The notes beneath the pieces were generated by a model. It searched no databases. It was given only the letters and a program-made list of their open reading frames with translations, and was not told the origin of the DNA. A DNA stretch of 64,000 bases from Candidatus Hikarchaeum yamanae (GTDB lineage Archaea; Halobacteriota; Halobacteria; Halobacteriales; Hikarchaeaceae): NCBI GenBank assembly GCA_009889635.1, contig WTZQ01000003.1, positions 72,417 through 136,416 on the forward strand. Direction: 5' to 3'. Of this stretch, positions 27,408 to 37,878 are shown one piece after another (positions within the stretch are counted from its first letter, which is position 1; each line of letters starts with the position of its first letter). A program made the translations under genes and the position numbers.

Positions 27408-27904
27408 ATAACTACACACAGGCTACACGTCACGAGATAGAATTCAGACTCAATGGGGAAGAATATGCGATTGAAATTCCGGCCAATCTAACTTTGGTAG
27501 AACTATTACGTCAAGAATTGCACCTTACAGGTACAACAGAAGGTTGTGGGGTGGGAGTTTGTGGTTGTTGTACGGTACTGGTAAATAATAAAGTCGTTGC
27601 CTCTTGTTTGGAATTGGCCGTCAACATAGATAGAACGGAAGTATTGACCATAGAAGGATTGGCAGACACATACCAGAATAGTGAATTCCATCCACTTCAA
27701 GATTCTTTCAGAGAATATGAGGGATTCCAATGTGGTTACTGCACTCCTGGAATGTTGATAGCTTCAAAGGCGTTACTTGATCAAAATCCAGATCCATCTG
27801 ATGATGATATAAGGGAATTTCTTTCTGAAAATATATGCAGATGTACAGGATATGATAGCATCATCATGGCGGTTAAAAGTGCTTCCAAAGAGATGAACGC
27901 ATAG
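27404..27904 (+). CDS. (2Fe-2S)-binding subunit (CoxS-like)
   Basis: GCGVGVCGCCTV, QCGYCTPG, NICRCTGY. Confidence 0.93.
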   Translation: MNNYTQATRHEIEFRLNGEEYAIEIPANLTLVELLRQELHLTGTTEGCGVGVCGCCTVLVNNKVVASCLELAVNIDRTEVLTIEGLADTYQNSEFHPLQDSFREYEGFQCGYCTPGMLIASKALLDQNPDPSDDDIREFLSENICRCTGYDSIIMAVKSASKEMNA

Positions 27905-27918
27905 GATTATTGAAAATA

Positions 27919-30159
27919 TTAAAGAATGTGTTCGTAGACAACGACCTCTTCATTCTCAAAAACAAGTTTTAAATAAGGATCGTCGAAAGTAGATACCTGA
28001 TAAAGACTTCGCTCATTTTTCCCCACATAAACATATTTGACATCGTAAAGGAGTAACAATTCTTTTCTAAGTTCAGAAGACCCCGTGTATATTTGGTTTA
28101 CATGAGTGACTCTCTGTAAGTACGGTTCTTCTCCGCGATAGCCTACCTCATGGGACCATCCTGCGACCGTGGGGATTCCTGTGAAACTAGAGGGCGCATT
28201 AACCCACCGATAGGGAAGAGTTGTTTCAACAGAATTGCACCAGCACCCAGGTGCCGTGACTATAGTTGGTGACCCTGGTTGGTCTCCTATAAATGTAATT
28301 GCAGCCCATTCATGAGGGTGATTTATAGTAGCGTCTAGAGTGGCATCGAGGGTGAACTTAGGTTCGTTAGAGAAATGTTCCCCTATAGAAAATCCAGCAT
28401 AGAATGTGGTGGAAATGATGAGTAGGGATAAAAATAGAGTTGTGAGTAGCTTATAACTTTTTTTCGAAGGGGATCTACTTTTTAAAAATTGATCACTGAA
28501 TAAACGTGTGAGTGCTATTGATGCCCCAATGGAGAAGAATATCCAAACTTGCATGTAGATTTTAAATACAGTGTTCATTCGCCCAGGTCCAGCTTGTTCT
28601 TGGATAAATAGAAATTCAGTTAGAAGAATGAGTACTGCGCCAGCAAGAAATAAAACCAATTCAAATCCAACTTTTGAGGAGAAATGCTCTAGTAGCAGCC
28701 AGGAAACTATGCATAAGGGGAGAAGTATTGCTACAGCGGGAGCGCCAAACAAAAGTCCTGCGAAAAATAATAGTGCGCATAGTAAAAGTATCCTACTGTG
28801 ACTATGGGATAGTTCAGTGGATAGTATAGAATACATATAGATTGAAAATATAAGTATGAAAAATAAATACACAAGAAGAAATTCGATGAGTCCACTTCGA
28901 GGGGGGAAAAATGCAATCGTGCGTAAAGATGCCGATTGAATGAAAAATGGGATGACTGTTAAAGACCCTAATAAAATTACGAAAATGGATAGGAATAGGG
29001 AAGTGATAATACGAAAAATTTCACGTCTGAAACTCTCCAAATTGATTTTTGAATTCAGAGAAGGGGAAATTATAGAAAGTGGGTCTGTTGGGGAAAATAC
29101 CAATGTCAAAAATAAAAGTCCAAAAACAGTAGGATAGCTCCATGTGTTAACTACAGCTAAAAGTCCAGATAGAAGAGGGAGTATAATCAAAATTAATAAT
29201 CTTCGTTCTCTGACTGAATTTGCAGGTGATAGATAATATGCAAACATGGTAAATAAAATGAGAATCATAAAAGGAGTGCTCATCATGTGTGCATGGAGAT
29301 CCCCATTTAGCCATGCAAAAAATGGAAATTCATTGATAGTTCCCCGAATGACTCTGCTAGAAGTCCAATAGAAAAAAGAATCGGGATGTAGCAAATACAA
29401 AGGTTTTAAATCGGTGGTGTTTCCAACAAAACGCGCGATAGAGTTCGCTAGTCCGAGGGGGAGGACCCAAAGAAAAATAGAAAATGCAACTACAAAATTA
29501 GAAGATATTCCAACTATGATTGCCCCAAGAGACCCTGCAAATCTATGAGAATGGCCATAAAAGGTAGAAAGGGACCCAGAGAGGCCATAAGCACCCGAAA
29601 CGAGAGCGCCGAAGAAACTAGCCAAAGCTAAATTGTATGCGAATTTTGCAGAGATTCCAGATAGCATAGAAAGTATCGCCGAAATTAAATGGCCGCCATA
29701 GTAATATCGGACTGTCTCTCCCGCGAACCAGAGATCTTCGGGTGGCAAAACGGAAGAGCGTAGGATGGACTGTAGAAGTCCAAAGTCTAGAAATTTTTCA
29801 CCCCCAATGGGGTATATAGAGGGATCTGCCGATCGTATAGCAACGATTAACATAAATGCCATTGTGAAAACGGCGAAGGATTCTGAAAATCTTTTGAGGG
29901 GTAGCTCAGGTCTTTTTACGAAAAGAACACCCATAGAGAGGAGGACGAGGGTGGCCAATCCTAGTAATACTGTGGAAAGACTAAATGAAAAGTGACCCAG
30001 CCAATAAATAGAAAAAAAGAGCGCTGTCAAGCTAAAAGTGAGCGCAGCTGACGCCCCTTTATCTGACAATCTCCAAAAAAGGGAAGATGTTATTGGTAAA
30101 CCTATAAGTGACAGTATAAGTAATAAAATCCACCAGGTGAAAATTAGAGTAAACTCCAT
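27919..30159 (-). CDS. DUF2298 / YYY-motif multi-pass membrane protein (GT-C-like)
   Basis: GGEKFLDFG, PPEDLWFAG, YYYGGH, INEFPFF, GDLHAH, RMNTVFK. Confidence 0.85.
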   Translation of the reverse strand: MEFTLIFTWWILLLILSLIGLPITSSLFWRLSDKGASAALTFSLTALFFSIYWLGHFSFSLSTVLLGLATLVLLSMGVLFVKRPELPLKRFSESFAVFTMAFMLIVAIRSADPSIYPIGGEKFLDFGLLQSILRSSVLPPEDLWFAGETVRYYYGGHLISAILSMLSGISAKFAYNLALASFFGALVSGAYGLSGSLSTFYGHSHRFAGSLGAIIVGISSNFVVAFSIFLWVLPLGLANSIARFVGNTTDLKPLYLLHPDSFFYWTSSRVIRGTINEFPFFAWLNGDLHAHMMSTPFMILILFTMFAYYLSPANSVRERRLLILIILPLLSGLLAVVNTWSYPTVFGLLFLTLVFSPTDPLSIISPSLNSKINLESFRREIFRIITSLFLSIFVILLGSLTVIPFFIQSASLRTIAFFPPRSGLIEFLLVYLFFILIFSIYMYSILSTELSHSHSRILLLCALLFFAGLLFGAPAVAILLPLCIVSWLLLEHFSSKVGFELVLFLAGAVLILLTEFLFIQEQAGPGRMNTVFKIYMQVWIFFSIGASIALTRLFSDQFLKSRSPSKKSYKLLTTLFLSLLIISTTFYAGFSIGEHFSNEPKFTLDATLDATINHPHEWAAITFIGDQPGSPTIVTAPGCWCNSVETTLPYRWVNAPSSFTGIPTVAGWSHEVGYRGEEPYLQRVTHVNQIYTGSSELRKELLLLYDVKYVYVGKNERSLYQVSTFDDPYLKLVFENEEVVVYEHIL

Positions 30160-30216
30160 TAGGGAGAAAGAACATCCAAAAGTACTAATTATTTTCGTAT
30201 TCTAATACTGGGAGTA

Positions 30217-30924
30217 ATGAAAAATTCTATTGGGGTGGTCATTCCAGCTTACAATCCAAATTTAAAGACGCTAGAGGGATATGTAAGAGATTTAGACGAA
30301 GTACTTTGTCCAGATGTAATTCTAATAGAAATAGACGATCCGAGTGAGCTTGTGTTAAGTCAAATGGGAGGAATATCTGCAAGATTCGAAGTATCCGATA
30401 GAAAGGAGGGAAAGGGGGCGGCCATAACACGTGGTTTTAACAAATTAAAATCGGATGTTCTGGTCTTTGTTGATGCAGATGGAAGTATTTCCGCAAAATC
30501 TGTTAAGAAGGTTTGTGATTCGATTATAAAATTGAATGTGGACTTGGCAGTTGGGTCGCGTAGACATCCAGATTCGAATATAAAATTTCACCAGGGCAAT
30601 ATCCGGAAATTACTAGGAGATGGATTTTCAGTTCTATCACGTGTTTTGTTGGAAGTGAAACTGCATGATTACCAATGTGGTGTAAAGGCAATAGATAGAA
30701 AGGTATGGGAAGAAGTGCAAAGAGACATAGAAAGAAAGGGGTTCTCGTGGGATATTGAACTAATTTCAATTGTGTCGATGCGAGGATATAAGATTGAAGA
30801 AATACCCATAGAATGGGATGATCAGCCTGGATCAACTGTGAAAATAATCCCAACAGTGTTAGAGTTATTTAATGCGTTGTTTACAGTTCGTAGAAAAATT
30901 AAAAAGTTGAGAGAGGCGGAGTGA
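30217..30924 (+). CDS. GT2 glycosyltransferase (dolichyl-phosphate hexosyltransferase-like)
   Basis: VVIPAYN, GKGAAI, FVDADG, DYQCGVKA, WDIEL. Confidence 0.88.
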   Translation: MKNSIGVVIPAYNPNLKTLEGYVRDLDEVLCPDVILIEIDDPSELVLSQMGGISARFEVSDRKEGKGAAITRGFNKLKSDVLVFVDADGSISAKSVKKVCDSIIKLNVDLAVGSRRHPDSNIKFHQGNIRKLLGDGFSVLSRVLLEVKLHDYQCGVKAIDRKVWEEVQRDIERKGFSWDIELISIVSMRGYKIEEIPIEWDDQPGSTVKIIPTVLELFNALFTVRRKIKKLREAE

Positions 30925-31406
30925 TGATAAGAGGGATGAAAGAAGAAATGGTTAGAATTTTTAGAATAGGGAATCTAAAATATTTGTTCTCCATTACCAA
31001 ATTCTCGAAATTCACAGTGGTGGGAATTGTGGGAGCGGTGATAGACAATATAACATTGAGTTTGTTAGTTATTTCGATGGGAGTTCCATTGGTCCCTTCC
31101 AAACTGGTAGGTGCAGAACTTGCAATTATATCTATGTTCTTATTAAACGAAAACTGGACGTTCTTAGAAGATGGATTAAATGGAAAATATCAGAGACTAA
31201 TTCGATTTATAAAATCAAATATTGTTCGGTTTGTGGGTGTCATGGTAGCAACTGGCGTCATGGTTACCATTGTAGAGAGGATGGGAGCAGAACATGGATG
31301 GGTTGGACTCATTTCTGCAAATATAATAGGTATATTAGTAGGATTGGTTGTCAACTATACTCTTGAATCCCTCATTACATGGCAAGTTGGGATTAAAAGC
31401 AGTTAA
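30921..31406 (+). CDS. GtrA family lipid-linked sugar translocase
   Basis: KFTVVGIVGAVID, FLLNENWTF, NYTLESLITW. Confidence 0.85.
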   Translation: MMIRGMKEEMVRIFRIGNLKYLFSITKFSKFTVVGIVGAVIDNITLSLLVISMGVPLVPSKLVGAELAIISMFLLNENWTFLEDGLNGKYQRLIRFIKSNIVRFVGVMVATGVMVTIVERMGAEHGWVGLISANIIGILVGLVVNYTLESLITWQVGIKSS

Positions 31407-33778
31407 GAAGAGGTTGCTTCACTGATGGATTGCCACACCTTCTCATCAGTTATTGGGAGGTCTATATGAGAAACTCCAAAAGATTCAAGTGCATCGGATA
31501 CGGCGTTTGCTATTGACGCAGGAGATCCGATAGTGCCACTTTCTCCAGCTCCCTTTGTCCCAAGTAGATTACTAGGTGTGGGAGTGACAATATGATCTGT
31601 TTCGATGTCGGGTAGGTGCATTGCACGGGGCATTGCATAATCTTGCAAAGTCCCAGATACTAGATTGCCAGAGTTGTCGTAAACAGCTTGTTCAAATAAG
31701 GCTTGTCCAATTCCTTGGACAATTCCCCCAACAATTTGGCCCTCGACGATCATGGGGTTTAATATAGTTCCAACATCATCGACTCCAACATAGCGTTTTA
31801 ATTTAACCTCTCCAGTCTCTACATCGACTTCAACGACGGCTATGTGGGTTCCGTAAGGCCATGCCTTTTTATTATTTTCATAAACCGTTGTTATTTCAAA
31901 TCCACTTTCAACACCGTCGGGCAGATTGTTCCCATAGGCTGCTGCTGCAACTTCTGCGAAGGTTACGGAATCGTCTGGAGAGTCTGTTGCGTGGAACGTG
32001 CTGTTTTCAAATGATATATTAGAAGTAGTAGTATCCAAAATATGGGCTGCGATTTTTTCTCCTTTTTCCACTACTTGCTCAGTACATCGGAGAAGTGCAC
32101 TACCAGCCATGGAACCAGTTCTACTGCCAAAGGATCCAGTTCCACTAGGTAATATTTCACTATCACCTGCAACGATCTCAATATCTTTGAATTGTACACC
32201 AGTTCCCTGAGAAATTAGTTGAGTGAAGGGGGTTTGGTGCCCTTGTCCGCAGTCGGCAGAACCAACGTATGCAGTTATTGCACCAGTGGGGTGTATTCTC
32301 AACTTTGCAGTTTCGGTTCCACCACCACTTCGTTCTATGAAAGAACAAAGTCCAATTCCAATATATCTCCCTTCGTTTCGGAGAGAAATTTGTTCTTTTC
32401 TCAACCCTTCGTAATCAATTGTTTTTAACGCTAGGTCAAGTGCTGCTTCATAATCACCACAATCATATTCCGCAATGATTGGTGTTTTATATGGAAATTC
32501 ATCCTTTGGGACGAAATTTTTTCTGCGGATCTCAACAGGATCCATTCCTAGTTTCTTTGCGGCTAGATAGACAAGTCGTTCAACAACGAATGCCGCTTCT
32601 GGCCTCCCCGCTCCACGGTAAGCGTCCACAGGAGCAGAATTGGTGAATACACCAGTCATCCTAACAAATACTGCAGGGATTTTGTAGAGGCCAGAAAGGA
32701 GGACACCATATCCTCCTGTTTGTAATGGTGCTTTTGTAGAAACGTATGCCCCGATGTCAAGATAAGTGTGGGCTTCGAGGGCAGTGAACGTTCCGTCTTT
32801 ATTAAATGCTATTTTTGCCTTGGTAGCATGGGATCTTCCTTGGGCATCGGTTATATGTGCCTCGGAACGGGTGTTTTGCCATTTGACAGGTAATCCTAGT
32901 TGGACGGAACACCATGCGCAAAGTAACTCCCCAGCATAGAATTTACTTTTAGATCCAAATCCGCCGCCAACGGCAGGTACTGTGACATGGACTTTGTGCA
33001 AAGGAATACCTAGCGACTTTGAGAAATAATTCCGATGTCCAAATGCGCCTTGGCTCGAAAGTTTAATGGATAGTTTTCCAGAAGATGGCGAATAGTCTGC
33101 AAGGGCTACGCGGGGTTCAATTGCATTTGGTATTAACCTGGGTAAAACTAGGTCTAATTCAACTACATGGTCGGAGTTGCTAAATGCGACCTCTACATCT
33201 TTTTTATTTCCATTTTCCCAATCGTAGGAAATGTTTCCAGGGGCCCCTTCATGTAATTGGGGTGCGTTGGTGTCGGTCGAAGCAGAAATTCCAGTAACTC
33301 CTTTTAAAGACTCATATTTTACGTCGATTAGATCGAGAGCGTCATATGCAGAATAACGATCAGTGGCTACTACGACGGCAATCCCTTCACCAGTATAACG
33401 AACGATGTCTTTCGCTAGCATTGGCCTGAATGGTTTGAACAGCTCAGTTCGAATAGAAACGGGAGAATCTGGCCCGGGGTTGAGAAGTCCAACAGGAGAT
33501 AGAACCTCTCCGAGTACTCCTGAGGCTTCGACGTCTTGTGCTGTGTAAACGGCTACTACATCCTCATGCGCTTCTGCTAAACTAGTATCCACAGAGGAAA
33601 TTTTGGCATAGGCATATTGACTCCGAAGAATAGCGGCGTAAAGCATACCTGGGGCTGAATAATCATCAGTATATTGGGCCTTTCCAGTTACGAGGCCCCC
33701 GTCTTCTCTACGGACGATTCTGTCACCTACATCGACCACGTCTGTTGGATTGGTTACTGTTTCTGCTGTGTGAGACAT
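31403..33778 (-). CDS. CoxL form II-like molybdenum hydroxylase large subunit (stand-alone)
   Basis: RREDG.LVTG..QYTDD, VGGGFGSK, DAYRGAGRPEA (form II loop), KGAGESG. Confidence 0.9.
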   Translation of the reverse strand: MSHTAETVTNPTDVVDVGDRIVRREDGGLVTGKAQYTDDYSAPGMLYAAILRSQYAYAKISSVDTSLAEAHEDVVAVYTAQDVEASGVLGEVLSPVGLLNPGPDSPVSIRTELFKPFRPMLAKDIVRYTGEGIAVVVATDRYSAYDALDLIDVKYESLKGVTGISASTDTNAPQLHEGAPGNISYDWENGNKKDVEVAFSNSDHVVELDLVLPRLIPNAIEPRVALADYSPSSGKLSIKLSSQGAFGHRNYFSKSLGIPLHKVHVTVPAVGGGFGSKSKFYAGELLCAWCSVQLGLPVKWQNTRSEAHITDAQGRSHATKAKIAFNKDGTFTALEAHTYLDIGAYVSTKAPLQTGGYGVLLSGLYKIPAVFVRMTGVFTNSAPVDAYRGAGRPEAAFVVERLVYLAAKKLGMDPVEIRRKNFVPKDEFPYKTPIIAEYDCGDYEAALDLALKTIDYEGLRKEQISLRNEGRYIGIGLCSFIERSGGGTETAKLRIHPTGAITAYVGSADCGQGHQTPFTQLISQGTGVQFKDIEIVAGDSEILPSGTGSFGSRTGSMAGSALLRCTEQVVEKGEKIAAHILDTTTSNISFENSTFHATDSPDDSVTFAEVAAAAYGNNLPDGVESGFEITTVYENNKKAWPYGTHIAVVEVDVETGEVKLKRYVGVDDVGTILNPMIVEGQIVGGIVQGIGQALFEQAVYDNSGNLVSGTLQDYAMPRAMHLPDIETDHIVTPTPSNLLGTKGAGESGTIGSPASIANAVSDALESFGVSHIDLPITDEKVWQSISEATSS

Positions 33779-33901
33779 ATGAGTACCTAGATGATAGGGG
33801 GAAGCTTAATATTTGCTTTACAGGATAAAATAGATGTAATGGATAAGTCAAAATTGATAAGTGCCTTCGGAGATATTAAAATTCGAGTGAAGGGATAGAG
33901 T

Positions 33902-34603
33902 ATGGCCGATCCAAATAAAGAGTTAAAGGGGCATGCGTCTAGAGTTGTTGATATTTTATTTCAAGAGTATCCTGATGCCGAGATTTCGCTGAAATACTCA
34001 GACGAGTTTGAATTGCTAGTTGCAGTTATTCTTTCGGCTCAATGTACGGATGAGAGGGTCAACAAGGTTACTGAAGTGCTTTTTAAAAAATATAGAACCA
34101 TAGAAGATTATGCAAATAGTAGTGCCGAGGAATTTTCAAAAGATATAGCTTCAGTGACTTATTTCAATCAAAAGGCGAGGTGGATAGTAAACACTGCGAT
34201 ATGCATCATAGAAATGTATGATGGGGAGGTTCCAGGGACAATGGAAGAGCTTCTTGGATTGCCAGGAGTTGGTAGAAAGACAGCGAACGTTGTTTTGCAG
34301 CATGCGTATGGAGAAACAGAAGGAATAGTTGTAGACACGCACGTGATGCGGCTTTCTCGTCGGATGGGACTTGTGGGAAAAAGGAATCGCGACGCTATTG
34401 AGATAGAATTGATGAAAATAATTCCAAAAGAGAAATGGCGAAGATATACCCATCTAATGATTGCCCATGGCAGATCTATCTGTAAAGCTCGAAGTCCAAA
34501 ATGTGATTTGTGTCCAATGGGAGAAATATGCCCATCTTCGTGGACATATTCAGAGATGGACCTAGCAAGTGGAAAATTATGGAAAAATGAGGGGAAGAAT
34601 TAA
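33902..34603 (+). CDS. nth: endonuclease III
   Basis: LSAQCTD, HhH LPGVGRKTAN, VDTHV, C-x6-C-x2-C-x5-C [4Fe-4S] motif. Confidence 0.95.
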   Translation: MADPNKELKGHASRVVDILFQEYPDAEISLKYSDEFELLVAVILSAQCTDERVNKVTEVLFKKYRTIEDYANSSAEEFSKDIASVTYFNQKARWIVNTAICIIEMYDGEVPGTMEELLGLPGVGRKTANVVLQHAYGETEGIVVDTHVMRLSRRMGLVGKRNRDAIEIELMKIIPKEKWRRYTHLMIAHGRSICKARSPKCDLCPMGEICPSSWTYSEMDLASGKLWKNEGKN

Positions 34604-34827
34604 TCAGATAGGGTTACTTTCCAAGTGGTTGATCTTCCACGTCCCCACTTTTCAATTTGTACACCGTCTGTTTTGAGTGACAATCTAGCTAGTCTTGCCC
34701 CTACCTGTTTTGCAGATAGACCGAGGACGTCGGCGATGTATTTTGCCCGGAAGTATTCGGACCCCCGAGATACATGGTCGACTAGATATTCAAGCAATTG
34801 ATCATCCTCATTTGCTATAGTAGACAC
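34600..34827 (-). CDS. small haloarchaeal winged-helix-like protein
   Basis: YFRAKYIADVLGLSAKQVG...IEKWGRGRSTTWKV resembles a conserved haloarchaeal family; GTG start inferred. Confidence 0.7.
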   Translation of the reverse strand: MSTIANEDDQLLEYLVDHVSRGSEYFRAKYIADVLGLSAKQVGARLARLSLKTDGVQIEKWGRGRSTTWKVTLSD

Positions 34828-34883
34828 AGTGAATAATATAATACAATCAAGTAAGTCCTTTCCTATTCGAAAATTTTGAATAC

Positions 34884-35915
34884 TCACTCTATTGATACGT
34901 ATTCTGAATTCTGATTTAGTGATAAATTTGTGGCAATTTCCACATTCCGCATTGCATAACCAGCGGAGCGTGTTAAACTATGGAGTACCTCTGTGAGAAG
35001 TAATAAATCAACATTGGTCATGGGAGATGCTTCGCTTATGAGAGATTCCCCTAACTGGTTGATTTCAGAGAAAAGGTCACGGCAAGTTACAGCAATTCCA
35101 AAATCGAAGGTTACGACGGATTGGACGGCATTATAGGTTAAATCATCTACTTTTTCTACGAGTTTTAATAGCGTTTTAGAAGTGCCAGTGTCGAGATCAA
35201 TTGTGTGGGCATCAGATTCAAGAACCTTGTTAGCTATATCTTCGGAATCGTCTGCAGTCAATTCTAGGTTCTTTGCTATGGAGCGGTAACTAATCAAAGG
35301 GAAAACATCCTCAAATCCAACTGAATGTGCTACAACAGGGTTCTGATAAGAAATATAGATTAAACGCAAGAGTAAAAGGAAAATTTTGTTAGCTTGGTTT
35401 TCTCGATTGAGTGCGCGTTGTGCCATGTCTTTATTGCCAGTCATAAACGCGTTAATGGACTCATCTCTCATAGTTCTACCAGTAATTTCAAGTCGGGTTA
35501 GCAAATCATTTAGATTGAAATCGGTGGGGTCAATTGAGCAATTGATAACAATGGCATTTGGAGTTTCTTCTACGACCCCAAGCCCCATCAATTGAGTTTC
35601 GGCTTTATAGATGGCATTGATTATTTCAGAGTTAAGAGTGACAGCATTCTTGATGTAAATAACGCGCCTACCTAAAACATATTGTGCAATAATAGCACGT
35701 TCAATAGTAGAAGAGTTCATGTGTTCTACATGGATAGTTGCAGTGGGTTTTTGATAAGTTGCAGATGCAGGAGAGACTGCCATTACACCACTTTTTAGCT
35801 GTGTGAGAGATAGTTCATCCCCCTTTTTTACTTCGAATTCTCGAACCCAATCAGAGGGGAGAGTTATTGCCAATGTCGAAGGTCCAAGCCGTTGTACTTT
35901 CCGGGAATCGGTCAT
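34884..35915 (-). CDS. phosphate uptake regulator PhoU family with AbrB-like N-terminus
   Basis: RKVQRLGPSTLAITLP..W followed by PhoU helical repeats; start moved to ATG 35915. Confidence 0.85.
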   Translation of the reverse strand: MTDSRKVQRLGPSTLAITLPSDWVREFEVKKGDELSLTQLKSGVMAVSPASATYQKPTATIHVEHMNSSTIERAIIAQYVLGRRVIYIKNAVTLNSEIINAIYKAETQLMGLGVVEETPNAIVINCSIDPTDFNLNDLLTRLEITGRTMRDESINAFMTGNKDMAQRALNRENQANKIFLLLLRLIYISYQNPVVAHSVGFEDVFPLISYRSIAKNLELTADDSEDIANKVLESDAHTIDLDTGTSKTLLKLVEKVDDLTYNAVQSVVTFDFGIAVTCRDLFSEINQLGESLISEASPMTNVDLLLLTEVLHSLTRSAGYAMRNVEIATNLSLNQNSEYVSIE

Positions 35916-35981
35916 GAGACGATTAGGTTGAGAGATAATATAACCTTCCTGATACAATATAGACAATATTAATATGTAGGA

Positions 35982-37100
35982 TTAAACGACTTCTATGAGT
36001 CGGGTTTCAAACCGCCCTATGTGAATTCTGTGCCATCCACGTATTTTAGAATCAATATCAGGGTCGCCAGTGTCTACTCGGAGTACATCAATCGCTTCTA
36101 GTTTTGCCCGGGATCCAACTATTTTGATAGTGCAACGTTCTAAAACAGAGGGTGATATTTGCCCATTTCCGCGTCCGAGGATGAATCCCTGACCCCCGAT
36201 GGGAGATACTATAACAACATTAGTATCTGTTAAAGAAGAGAGGATGGCGGATTCGTTTGCGTCTTTTGTTATCACAGTTCCAGAAGGGTAGGGGGGAGAA
36301 GAAGAGGAAGTTGATTGATTTTGATTTTCGGGAGGGTAGGTCCTCCATATGTCTACTCCGAGTAGTGTCCCTTCGAATCCTATTTCTTTTTTTAGCTGAT
36401 GAAGTGTCCCCCCAGGCCCTAGTATATATGTAACGTCGGTAGAAAGTTCAGACAACAATCCTTCTATCGCACCTTCTACAGTTCCGCCTAAGAGTTGCTT
36501 GGATGATTGCAGTTCTTCAGATAAGGGGACGGGGCGGATGGAGTGTATATGAGGGATAATTTCCCCTTGACGGTACGCATCTTCATCCAAATCCATTACC
36601 TCACGAAGTTCTGTTGTTGAATAAGAAGATATGATAGAACCAACGTCGTGTGGAGAATTGGCGAATACAGAGGAATAAACTTTAACACCGGAAGGGATTC
36701 CCAAGATAGGAATGGAAGATTGTAGTTCGTCCAAAGTATGGGATATATCGACAGCAGTTCCATCTCCCCCTGCAAATAAGATCAGATCAACCTTTTGGGA
36801 TACGAATGAGTGGATTGAGTTTTGAGTGTCGATGGCGGATGTTTTTTTGTTTTGAGGATATCCAACAACGGTAGGACTGAACCCAGCTTTAAGCGCGATT
36901 TCTTCGCCCATGCTAGAGCCATAAACTAATAATTCGGAGATGTGGGTATGAGAAAGGGATAGTAAAGCTATCAACGCCCTATCGGGGGAACTGGGTTTTG
37001 CACCCATTTCAATTGCTTTTTGAACGACGTTATCGGTCCCTTTTAATCCTACTTTCCCCCCCATTCCAGCGATGGGGTTAATTAAAAATCCAATCCGCAT
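35982..37100 (-). CDS. ATP-NAD kinase family protein (AcoX-like)
   Basis: INPIAGMGG.VGLKGTD, GGDGTA, GVKVYS, IGGQGFILGRGN. Confidence 0.85.
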   Translation of the reverse strand: MRIGFLINPIAGMGGKVGLKGTDNVVQKAIEMGAKPSSPDRALIALLSLSHTHISELLVYGSSMGEEIALKAGFSPTVVGYPQNKKTSAIDTQNSIHSFVSQKVDLILFAGGDGTAVDISHTLDELQSSIPILGIPSGVKVYSSVFANSPHDVGSIISSYSTTELREVMDLDEDAYRQGEIIPHIHSIRPVPLSEELQSSKQLLGGTVEGAIEGLLSELSTDVTYILGPGGTLHQLKKEIGFEGTLLGVDIWRTYPPENQNQSTSSSSPPYPSGTVITKDANESAILSSLTDTNVVIVSPIGGQGFILGRGNGQISPSVLERCTIKIVGSRAKLEAIDVLRVDTGDPDIDSKIRGWHRIHIGRFETRLIEVV

Positions 37101-37133
37101 ATAGCACCATATCAGATACGAATAGAGAAAAAT

Positions 37134-37841
37134 CTACTCAGAAAGGGGAATTTGATTTTTGAGCCACGATACGGCTTGTTCAACGTTGGTTGGGTCAGTT
37201 CCTTCTATTCTTATTTTTACCCCACCTTTTTGAGGATAACTGCCAATCGTAACATCAAAATTTGTTAATAAATAGTCAAAATGTTTGACCAATCTACTTT
37301 CTCCAGTCTGGGTAAATACAAAAACTCGTGTTTTGATAGGGCCACTAAAATTTGAAGATATTTGTTCGAACATGGCTTTCATTTCAGAAGGCACACCGGG
37401 GAGGATGTACAGGGGGACTTCATTTTGTGTAGTTACAATTGCACCAGGAGCAACTCCAACGGTATTTTTGATCATTAGCGATCCACGGGGTAACTCTGCA
37501 GTTCCAGGAGATAGCTTTCTATCTTTATATCTAGGATGTTTTTTGAGCCAACGTTTGGCTTCTTCATGAGGTTCTAGAGGTTGTCCTACAGCTTTTGAGA
37601 CCCCTTCAAGAGTGATATCGTCGTGGGTTGGTCCCAAACCGCCTGTGATTATTATTGCCTCATATTTTGACTGGCATTCATGGATAGCTGAGACTATTTC
37701 TTCTATGATGTCAGGGATGACGAGAATTCTTCCGGTCGATGCACCACAACTGGTGAGTTGGGCACAGATCCAGGTTGCATTTGTATTCACCGTATCACCA
37801 GAAAGTAATTCATCTCCGATAGTGATAATGGCAATATTCAT
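37134..37841 (-). CDS. CinA-like molybdopterin-binding domain protein
   Basis: IGDELLSG...NTN, TGGLGPTHDDIT, LPGVPSEM. Confidence 0.88.
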   Translation of the reverse strand: MNIAIITIGDELLSGDTVNTNATWICAQLTSCGASTGRILVIPDIIEEIVSAIHECQSKYEAIIITGGLGPTHDDITLEGVSKAVGQPLEPHEEAKRWLKKHPRYKDRKLSPGTAELPRGSLMIKNTVGVAPGAIVTTQNEVPLYILPGVPSEMKAMFEQISSNFSGPIKTRVFVFTQTGESRLVKHFDYLLTNFDVTIGSYPQKGGVKIRIEGTDPTNVEQAVSWLKNQIPLSE

Positions 37842-37878
37842 AGTGCTAGTTGGTCCTGATCGCCTAAATATGAGTGGG

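Noticed and set aside
36280-36345. Ser/Pro/Gln-rich insertion in the ATP-NAD kinase-family protein
   Set aside because: Low-complexity loop, frame intact; no sign of a separate element.
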